The position numbers and the translations under genes are program-made. Positions 54,335-64,000 of a stretch of 64,000 nt of DNA are shown here, in pieces. The stretch comes from Octopus bimaculoides (lineage: Eukaryota). Position 1 is the first letter of the stretch; each line of letters begins with the position of its first letter. The DNA is taken from contig NC_068990.1 of NCBI RefSeq assembly GCF_001194135.2, positions 30,306,227-30,370,226 of the forward strand. The letters are read 5' to 3'. The notes beneath the pieces were generated by a model. That model did not search any database and was not told the origin of the DNA. It was given only the letters and a program-made list of their open reading frames with translations.

Positions 54335-55033
54335 ATTAGGAATCTCCTGCAAACTCTTCTGGATGCTCTCCTTGTTTAAGTTGGTGGATGCTGCCATAAT
54401 CCTTGCCTTCAGTTCATCTTTGGTGTTACAAGGAGTTTTGTTGGTCTCTCACTCAACTGCGCCCGACACATAATAATCAAAGGAGTTGCAGTCTGGGGAG
54501 TTAGGTGGCCAGATGTTAGGGGTTTATGTGGTCATAGAAATTGTCTGACAGCCATAACTGGGTTCTCTTGTTTGTGTGGCATGGTGCAGAGTCCTGTTGC
54601 CAGGCACAGGGTGTTCCAGCAGCCACCCTCTTAACCCAGGGTTGCACTACTTCTTCCAGGCACTTGATGTAAGTCTCTGTGTTGAGTGTGGGGCTGTGTG
54701 GGAAGATGAGGCATAATGTCGCCATCACTACTGATCACTCGAAACACCATGATGTTGACTGGTTGTTTGATTTTTATCACTCTTGGTACGTGTACTCAGA
54801 CTGACACCCAAATGCTCTGAAATATTCGTTTTGGTGCTTCCGGCGCAAATGCCAAGCAGTACAGCAGGTTTCCAAATTTCTGGCAGAGCAAATTGTGTCA
54901 TGCTGCTGGTTTTTCTCACAGACGATGCCCAACTGACCCTACTATACTGTGTAATCGACAAAATCAAAAACAAACAATGCACCTGCACAAAATTAAAAAT
55001 ATATAATGGCAATGATTTACTCATCACACTCTG
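54335..55033 (-). mobile_element. maT/DD37D element, internally deleted and 3'-truncated copy
   Basis: Homologous to 1037-1909. The ORF at 54516-54728 contains WVKRVAAGTPCAWQQDSAPCHT...DHINP. Confidence 0.88.
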
Positions 55034-55283
55034 TATATATGTATATAGCTACGCATATATAGATATATGTATGTACACTCACATACATATTTCTCATATA
55101 CTTACACAAACTGATATAGTGCATTCTGTAAAGTAAATAGCATTAGGAAGGATAGCCAGCTGTAGAAACTTTGTCAAAACAGACAATTGGAGCCTGATGT
55201 AGCTCTCCAGCTTACAACTCATGCCAGCATGGAAAATGGATGTTAAATGATGATGATGAGAGTACACCTACGTGCACAAATAT

Positions 55284-55363
<80 letters not shown>

Positions 55364-55382
55364 TTGCATGTGAACACCCTGC

Positions 55383-55413
<31 letters not shown>

Positions 55414-56156
55414 TTTACACATGTCTTAGAATGATTCTGAGAAGTTTTAAAATTTGACCTTATTGTTTTCCTCAAAGACGTTCTCATGTGTTGGTGAGAT
55501 TGGTGGTGGGGGAAAAAGTTTCAAACTGAACAAGATATTTTGATTCTGTTTGAAGAGATTGGGTGGCATGCTTAAGGAACACTAGTTATTATATCTTTAT
55601 CAATGACCTACCAAAGAATGGAATTTTATTGTTATCCTTGCAAAAGATAGGATTGGTCTCTTATGCCATAGTTTGGTATCATTTTGAAAACACTGACCTA
55701 AGCCATATCTTTTTTCTTATTTTCCATTTTACATCATACTCTCCTTAACTTACTGCTCACATTATTCTCTCATCTGTTGTTATCACCAAATTTCACACAT
55801 TGGCTGTGGATCTTGCTTCCCCAGCACATGGTCCCAGGATCAGTTCACCCATGTTACAACTTCTAATATAGCCCTGGGCTGACCAAAACCTTCTGAATAG
55901 ATTTAGTTGATGGAGATTGAAAGAACCCCATCATGTATGTGGGTTTGTGTTTGACCCTAACCACTGCTTGATGACTGGTGTTAGCTTGTTTATACCTGTG
56001 TAACCAAGCAGTTCAGCCAAAGAGACTGATAAAATAAGAACTGATTAGTTGAATACTCATCACCAAAGCTGTGTGTGTGTATGACAAAGGAATGCAACCA
56101 TGGAAAAGCAGATTTAAAATGAAGATGGTTATAATAATATGAAGTGTATGTACGTA

Positions 56157-56791
56157 TGAGGGGAAAGTCAAAAGCTATCCACACTTTTACCATGACATAT
56201 CTTTATTATTGTCACACTGCTTTCTGCACGTGATCGAAGTTTGAACCTGATTATGCCATGTTTCGTTCTGGCTTTACAGTGCAAGCATGGCCGCTCCACT
56301 AGCAATGTGCGCCAAGGAAGAACAAAGAGCAGTGATCGGAGAGATGGTAATGATAAACCGGTTCATCATTACCATCTCTCAAGCTTGTTGAATCTCCTCA
56401 TCAGTGGTGGCGGTTGATGGGCATCCTGCTCCCTCTTTGTGCGTCGTGTTTGTCCAGTCACTTTTAAACTTCTTGATCTACTCATACACGTTTCTACGTA
56501 TTAGTGCACTGTCCCTGTATTGTGCTAAAGGCTTCCAATGAATTTCAGCACCTGACACATCTTCTGACTAGAGAAATCGGATCATTGTCCTTTGTTCTTC
56601 TTTGGCACACATTGCTATTGGGGCGGCTGTGCTTAGACTGTAAGGCCAGAAAGAAAATGGCACAATCAAGCTCAAACTTTGATCACGTGACCATAATAGT
56701 ACCAACTATAAGCACAGATATGCAGAAGGCAGTGCGGCAATAATAAAGGAATGTTATGGCAAAAGTGCAGATAATTTTTGACTTCCCCTTG
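56157..56791. mobile_element. Fold-back mariner derivative made of two inverted 5' ends
   Basis: TA|TGAGGGGAAAGTCAAAA...TTTTGACTTCCCCTTG|TA. Both arms encode a mariner N-terminus (MAAPLAMCAKEEQRAVI on +; AAPIAMCAKEEQRTMIRFL...GCPSTA on -). Confidence 0.85.
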
Positions 56792-57127
56792 TATACACAC
56801 ACACAAACATGCATACACATATGAGTGTATGGTCATATTAGTTCTCACTTAAAGATTGCAGTGGCATGAAACTGAAGTCATATAAACATTTAGTTTCAAT
56901 AAACTATTTATACACAACACACTACCCCATTCATATTTAGCTTCAAGTAAAATCTGGTTTTCAGCAGTTCTTTCGGCAGCTTGTGATGATCAAAGGAACA
57001 TGTTTTGTTATTTTAACAATTCATCAGGACTCACTCTCCTCTCCTTTTCAAACTGCAATAAAGGCAATTTTTTAAAACAAAGATAAATATGCATTGCACA
57101 AACACATTTGTATAAAGGTACAAACAG

Positions 57128-57540
57128 GCATGGCTGTGTAGTGAAGCTTACTTCCTAGCCGTAGAGTTCTGGTTTTAATCCCATTATACATAACCTTGGG
57201 TAAATGTCTTCTACTATAACTCTGAGTCGATCAAATCTTTGAGTGAATTTGCTAGACAGAAACTGAAAGAATCCCATCATACATGTTTTTGTGTTTATAT
57301 ATGTATGTGTGTGCGTGTGTGCAATTGTGTCCACCCTATTGTGATTTCGTATAATGGTTGTAAGCACCCATCACTGTCATACAAATGATATCATTTGTTT
57401 CCAGTCTTCTTTGAAAATCCTGTCTGGCCATGGAGAAACAAGTGAAGGTTGGCGTCGAGAAAGACATCCAGCTGCAGAAAATATTCCTCAGTGAATTCTG
57501 TCTGACACAGCCAGGCATAGAAAAGTGGACAATAAAATAA
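57128..57540 (+). mobile_element. SINE family B2: B head and central domain joined to an RTE-type 3' tail
   Basis: Head as in B1, (TG)n, then ...GAAGGTTGGCGTCGAGAAAGACATCCAGCTGCAGAAA...GGCATAGAAAAGTGGAC. The same architecture occurs at 15075-15375 (-), 16420-16750 (-), 29060-29570 (+) and 63250-63570 (-). Confidence 0.7.
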
Positions 57541-58139
57541 TAATGTATGAGCTGGACAGTATTCACCTAGAGTATTAACACAGTGGATTCTGAATAAATA
57601 AATAGATGCACTCACATCCATGGAGATTAGATCAATGAGGGCCTTTTCAGCAATTCTATAACTATGTACAGTTCTGAACAAAAACCTACAGGTTGTCACC
57701 AGAATTTTAATATTCTATTACGTAAAGGCAACAGGCTGGCAGAATGCTTAGTGGTATTTTGTCCATCCTTACATTCTGAGTTCAAATCCTGCCAAAGTGA
57801 CTTTGCCTAAGTACAGTTGAATACAGGGGGGGGGTCAATGTAATCGACCCCCCCCCCCCTGAACTTCCTGGCCTTGNNNNNNNNNNTTCCTGGCCTTGTG
57901 CTCAGTTTTGGAACAAATATTTTATCCTGTATTATAATGCTCAGCTTTAGATTTTGTAGAGGCAGACTAAGTGGAAATGATAGAACAGATTGTTTGCCTC
58001 TCTGATGTGAGTGCCATTATATTTATTGCAAGTGTCCATTATCTCTGCTTCAAATAATGCATCTAATTTTACTTTTGTTTGTTTACACACGAGGAATGGA
58101 CCCATTGGTTTTCTGAATACATTTCTTCCATGCAATACC

Positions 58140-58334
58140 TTAAACCTCTAACATTTAAACCAGTCATATCCAGCTTGAATATTCACAACCTGTTTTATAT
58201 TCAAACAAGCCAGATCCAACCTTTCATTCCTACCCTACAATGTCATTCTAAAAATAAACAACCCCATCATTGAAATGTCAAAGCTATGAATAAGCATTGC
58301 ATTTAACAGAGTAATCTGAACACTGATGGATTAA
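58140..58334. mobile_element. Possible TTAA-flanked piggyBac-like MITE (degenerate)
   Basis: TTAA at both ends with weak TIRs. The right end resembles TTTAACAGAGTAATCTGTATACTAAAGGGTTAA at 52605-52637. Confidence 0.4.
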
Positions 58335-59987
58335 TTCTAATTCTGGGGAAGGATTATCTCTTGGCCTCCCTCCACCGTTGTAGAAAACAAGAGTTTCTCT
58401 GATGTCAACACTGATTTTTTATTCATTTCTCACCCCCCCACCAATTATTTGCATACAGGTTTGGTCTCCTTCTGATTTCTGTTGTACTTTGGCTACTTGA
58501 AATCTTCTGTTCGCTACTCGTGTCTTAACAACCAATAAATATCACATTTCTGATGCCAATGTCATCATATGACGTTCTACATAGAGAAACAGGACTAACT
58601 TTGTCACCTACACAGCTGCAGCTTGTCTTATATATTGACATTTATACATCCAACACCTTACCACACTGAATTTGTTCTTCTGTTGTTGCTGTAGTCCTTC
58701 TTATCACTACGTTGTTGTAACACATACTTCTGACATTGTCATACCGTGTCAGCAACACAATCTTCTTAACTTCTTCCAATCACAATCTGTGTGTGTTTAA
58801 ATTACTTTAAATTCATGGACATCTGTAAAAATAACTTTTGGCTATCTATTTTTATACTATTAGGCCACAATGTTTCTTTCGAGATTTGCTTAGGAGCAAG
58901 ATTTCCTTTTCATCTTTTGCTGTGGATGTGTGCAGAAATTTGTTAGTGTGCACATTTTAAATCTTTCTTTGCAGTGTATGTGCACATCAAATTCTGTTCA
59001 CCATATTCAATTTAAAAAATTGATTTCATCTTGAAAACTCTGGGCAGATATTTTCTTCCTTGGTACATCATCATTTAACACCTGTTGATCATGCTGGCAT
59101 GGGTTGGACAGTTTTGACAGGATCCAGTGAGCTGTCAGTTTTTGGTGTTTATGGTTGGATACCCTTCATAACATCAACCACATTACAGTGTGTACAAGTT
59201 GTAAAACACGCACATGTGCACAGCTTAATATGGAACATTGCTTTGGAAGCAGATTTCCCTGTTGCCTTCATTATCATAACCACTGCCATTCACAGAATAC
59301 TTCTTAATCCACCCTTGCCACCCACCACTCTGTGACTCTACCAGTCATTGACTGATGAGTTTCTTTTCCCTTACTGTATCCTTAATTTAAAATTAACACC
59401 AACTACAAGATTTAAGTCAGAGCCATTCCTTTATTTTGACACTTGTATTAATTTGTGGAACACGAGGTCACTATTTTGTTTTTATTTTTCTTTAATGACA
59501 ATCTGTTTCTAAAAACAAAAGATTCATTATGGTTCTATTTTTAAACCTAACATACTGCATTGATGTCTGTTTATTATATATGCATGTGTTGTGTGTGTGT
59601 GTGTGTATTATGACTTTGCTGAAAGGTCTGCGGGTTGGGTTAGGATGCTATGAGTAATTTTTCATGAAACTCATTGGTTTGATGAGTTGTCGATAACAGT
59701 ATTCTTTTAAGCCAGCTGTGATCTGTTGCAGGTCTTTGTGTGTGTGTGTGTGTGTGTGTGCCTATTTTGTTTTGTCATTGATTTTCTTTTTTTTTTTCTG
59801 TAACCCATTTACTTTATACTGCAGTTTAGACTGTTTTTATAAACCGCTTGTGTGTGTGTGTTCTTTATATATATATATATAGATATACATGCATGCATTC
59901 TGATATTTCATCATTCCGTGTATTGTTCTTGTTTTACCCATGTTGGTGTGAACTGGACATGTCTATCTATTCAACATTTCTCTCTCT

Positions 59988-60029
<42 letters not shown>

Positions 60030-60641
60030 CGACCTTACATCAATTTTCATCTATGAATGTTTTCTTACCTCTCACTCTTACCACTTCCCATTACTCTTTC
60101 AATCGACCATAAACATTGAGGTCTCAACTGCCACAAACCCACTACTTTCCATTCAACATGTATCATACATTTTTTATCACTACTCCTTGTTACCTTATTT
60201 TTCTCATTGTTTGATCAAAGTTTTTAATACCCTGCCTTTTTACAGTCTACTTTAATTTTTCTAAATGAAAATTATTACCATACACACCCCTTATTTAATG
60301 TTAAATATTGGTACAGAATGTCTTTTTTTCAATAGTTTTAACTTTACCTTATATTTAAGTTACACCTCGCTTTTTCAATTACAATCAACAATAAAATAGT
60401 GCAACTTATACACAAGTAAACATGGTGCATATGTGTGTGTATCTTTTAAATTTAAGGGAACTGTTTTGAATATGCAAATGAAGCCCCCATTCCATTGTGC
60501 CGGCCACCATCTAATGATGCTGACTGGTGAACCAGTTTTTCGGGGTTGCATCAAGTCGTACTGATATAATGTGGGATCAATATAATAACAGTAATCCTAT
60601 GAAGAAATTTATATACATTTAATGCATTGCTACATGCTTTT

Positions 60642-60708
60642 CCACAGATCACATGACTTTTAAGACGAGAGTCCTACAGACTGTGATCTTAAGTCATGTG
60701 ATCTGTGG
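60642..60708. repeat. Short hairpin: perfect 18-bp inverted repeat with a 31-nt spacer
   Basis: CCACAGATCACATGACTT ... AAGTCATGTGATCTGTGG. Confidence 0.9.
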
Positions 60709-60790
60709 TAGTGCGCATAGTGAGGCATTAAACATTCATAAATTCCATCGTAGGATTATTGTTATTATTATATAAATATTATTGTTATGG

Positions 60791-61160
60791 GTGCAGGAAT
60801 GGCTGTGAGGTAAGAAGCTTACTTCCCAACCACATGGTTCAGTCCCACTGTGTGACACGTTGGGCAAGTATCTACTATAGCCTCGGGCTGACCAAAGCCT
60901 TGTGAGTGGATTTGGTAGATGGAAACTGAAAAGAAGCCTGTCATATATATATATAGGTATTTGTGTGTCTGTGTTTGTTCCTCCACCATTGCTTGACAAC
61001 TGATGTTGGTGTGTTTACGTTCCCGTAACTTAGCAGTTTGGCAAAAGTGACCGATAGAATAAGTACTAGGCTTACAAAGAATAAATCATGGAGCCTATTT
61101 GTTTGACTTAATGGTGGTGCTCCAGCATGGTTGCAGTCAAATGGCCGACACAAGTAAAAA
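60791..61160 (+). mobile_element. SINE family B1, full length
   Basis: Head, central domain, microsatellite and tail present. Confidence 0.87.
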
Positions 61161-61234
61161 AAAGAATATATTTATATATCTCCGGTGACTCATACACAAT
61201 GTGTCCCTCTTGGATTGTATTGTCCTGACATTTA

Positions 61235-61522
61235 TCTTTTACTTGTTTCAGTCATTAGACTGAGGCCATACTGGGGCACCACCTTGAAGAATTTCACTTG
61301 AACAAATCAACTCTAGTATTTGATTTCTTTTTTAAAGCCTGGTACCTATTCTATTGGTCTCTTTTTGCTGAACCACTATGTTATGGGTACATAAACACAC
61401 TGACACAGGTTGTCAAGTGCTGGTGAGCACAAAAACAAGGACTCACACACACACACACACACACAGACATGTTTTGGCCGGTTACACTCGAGACTGCTCC
61501 AATCTGGCTGGCCCCAAGAAAG

Positions 61523-61561
<39 letters not shown>

Positions 61562-61700
61562 GACAGGCTTCTTTCAGTTTCCTTTTACCGAATCCACTCA
61601 CAAAGCATTGGGCGACCTGAGGCTATAGTAGAAGACACTTGCCCAAGGTGCCACACAATAGGACTGAACCTACTACCATGTGGTTGGGAGGCAAACTCCT
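61235..61700 (-). mobile_element. SINE family B1, inverted relative to 60791-61160
   Basis: Reverse-complement homologue with an internal insertion. Confidence 0.85.
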
Positions 61701-63019
61701 ATTGCTGCTACCACCCAACACAAACACCCCTGACAGGACTTCCAAAGGAAGGCCATCCAACTAGGCTAAGATTCTTTGCTCTTCTGCTACTCCAAACTAG
61801 CTAGATATATACACCTGGAACACCCATCTCTCCAGGTCTTGTGACCCTTAGTCTTTGTGGTGTCCCTTAGCATCGCATTAACCCCTATTTCTAATTCTTT
61901 TCTAAAGCACCAACTCTCCAGAATACCCACTCAGCCCACAGTCTGCATGCAAATATCGACACAATTGGTCAATCTGGCAGATCCTCTCAAATTCATGGCT
62001 GCTCTCCTTTCTTCCTTATTAAACTACATAAAAACATATACTGTAAAAAAGCTATATAAAATCACCATCATTCAATGTCTATTTTCCATGCTGGTAAGGG
62101 TTGGATGGTGATAAGGTGGCAAGGCTGCACCAGGCTCCAGTCGTCTGCTTTGGCATGGTTTCTATGGCTAGATGGTGTGTGTGTATGTCTTTGTGACCAT
62201 TTGTCCCCTTCCCCCACCATTTGACAGCCGGTGTTAGTGCCAGGCTCGGAGACAAAAACAAGTACTGGAATCAATTCATGTGACTAAAATTTTGGGTTTG
62301 AAAACAGAACCGAGAGGAATCTTTTGTCTTTAGAAAGAGATTGTCTTTAAAGTAGAATAGCAGTCGATCAGCTAAGAAAGTAAAGATAATGTTACAATAA
62401 AAAACTACGAGTCTTATTAAATACAGCTGTATTTCACAAGATTTGTGGTTTTTGTTAGACTTTTATTTATACATAGATAAAGACTGGATGGTCTCAGCTG
62501 TAGAGTTTTGGGCTGAGATTAAACAGTAAAAGAGGAAGTCAAAAGCCGCTTACTGTTCTTTTCACCAGATTCTGACATTAGACTGCTCTTTCATGTTGCT
62601 GTTGTTGTCATTGAGGTGATTACTATATAAATTGTAATAATACCTGTCGATGTACCTGTAGGCTCATGCCTGGCCACTGCTGACTTGCTGGTAGTTCATA
62701 CTTAGTAGTTTAATCTCACTGGGTAATCTTTTCTTAACTGGAGAAGTCATTTAGAGGTTAGTCTCATTTAACATTGTCTCAGTGTGGCCTTCCCATTATC
62801 AACTTATATTAATAATAATGATATTAACAATAATGATTTCAAATTTTGGCACAAGGCCAGCAATTTTGGGGGAGAGGGGGGTAAGTTAATTACATTGACC
62901 CCAGAGTTTCACTGGTACTTAATTTATTGACAGATGAAATGCCACTAAGCATTTTGCTGGCGTGCTAATAATTCTGCTAGCTCACCACTGTAGATAATTA
63001 TAATAATAATAATAATCCT

Positions 63020-63230
63020 TTCTACTAGAGGCACAAGGCCTGAAATTTAATGGGAGGTGGGGGGCAATTGATTAGATTGACTCCAGTATGCAACTGGTAC
63101 TTAATTTATTGACCCTGAAAGAATGAAAGGCAAAGTTGTCCTCGGCAGAATTTCAACTCAGAACGTAAAGACATGAAATGCCGCTAAGCATTTTGCCTGG
63201 TGTGTTAACGATTCTGCCAGCTCACCACCT
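63020..63230 (-). mobile_element. SINE family C (representative)
   Basis: Core GAATGAAAGGCAAAGTxGACCTCGGCAGAATTTxAACTCAG plus GGTACTTAATTTATTGACCC. Other copies at about 13860, 14060, 24200, 31270, 42790, 43200, 48030, 57730 and 62830. Confidence 0.8.
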
Positions 63231-63433
63231 TAATAATAATAGTAATTTAACGTCCACTTTTCCATGCTTGCAATGGTCAGACAGAATTTGTTGTGTCAGC
63301 CCTCACCTGTACCTAACTAAGGTAATATTTCCCAGTGGTCAGACATGTTTTCCACAGAAGATTGGAAATGAACTACATCATTTATGTGACGGATATGCTT
63401 ACTTACATCCATCATAAGATGTCAAGGATAAGG

Positions 63434-63481
<48 letters not shown>

Positions 63482-63729
63482 TAGCCTTCTTTCAGTTTCT
63501 GTCTACCAAATCTATTTGCAAGGTTTTGGTCAGCCTGGGGCTACAGTGGGACTGAGCCTAAAACCATATTTGCACATATTATAATGTATTTATTAAATGT
63601 GAAGAAACGTGACTCTTTTCTCCTCCTCCTTCTCCTCAAATCTCTTCAGGTTTCAGCTAGATTTTATCAACAGTTCTTTCTAAAAGAGGAAGATGATAGC
63701 TTTCTCCCTCTTTATAATCACAGCTATGG

Positions 63730-63990
63730 TAAGTTTATTGCAGACCTGGATGTGAACTACCAGAGTGTACTTCACTCAACAAGAAAGTCTCTGTATGGGT
63801 GCTTGATCTGCTAGAAATAAGAACTAAATTTTCCTCATGCTATACCCCACATGTTTTAAACAAATAAAATCTAGAACTATATTGGATTATGTAGAATTAG
63901 ATGCATAATAGCTGAAAAAAAAAGACAGGATGGTCATAAATGTAATACTTGTGATCAAAAGTTTCTTTAGTCATGGTTGACCAAACAACA
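63730..63990 (-). mobile_element. SINE-like family D (core CTGCTAGAAATAGCAGCCAAAT)
   Basis: The core recurs at about 690, 2245, 5040, 18380 (+), 19545, 36505 (+) and 47180. Confidence 0.55.
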
Positions 63991-64000
63991 CCAATCCAAT

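Noticed and set aside
53640-55640. Possible LINE RT crumbs (WASGNIVPI at about 53670; IFINDLP at about 55600)
   Set aside because: Motifs are too short and degenerate to assign a family or boundaries.
1-64000. CRISPR arrays, prokaryotic operons, rRNA, telomeric arrays
   Set aside because: No repeat-spacer structure, gene-dense region, rRNA motif or (TTAGGG)n run was seen. The window is eukaryotic intergenic and intronic DNA.

Overview
This is AT-rich, repeat-dense animal genomic DNA with roughly 2 kb of N gaps. The repeat families (tRNA-headed SINEs, RTE-LINE 3' ends with (GAT)n tails, many microsatellites) match what I recall from Octopus genomes, so an octopus origin is my inference, not a database result. 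One gene is recognisable: the first coding exon of a formin-like (FMNL/Frl) gene at 35591-35704 (+). It encodes MGNGES...LPMPDPTELERRFTKVL and is followed by a GTAAGT donor. I could not find exon 2, so intron 1 appears to exceed 28 kb. A divergent, unidentified minus-strand transcript may start near 19.1 kb. The rest is decayed mobile DNA: four copies of one maT/DD37D Tc1-mariner family plus a second maT relic, a fold-back mariner, two RTE LINE lineages, two Penelope-like relics (one with a decayed hammerhead ribozyme), a Helitron helicase fragment, several MITEs, at least four SINE-like families, a 48-bp minisatellite and many microsatellites. Nearly all ORFs in the supplied track are microsatellite or gap artefacts. 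I found no tRNA, rRNA or CRISPR features and no clearly new biological system. The best leads are the FMNL leader architecture, an RTE with two C2H2 fingers, the fold-back mariner, and inverted SINE pairs in the FMNL intron.
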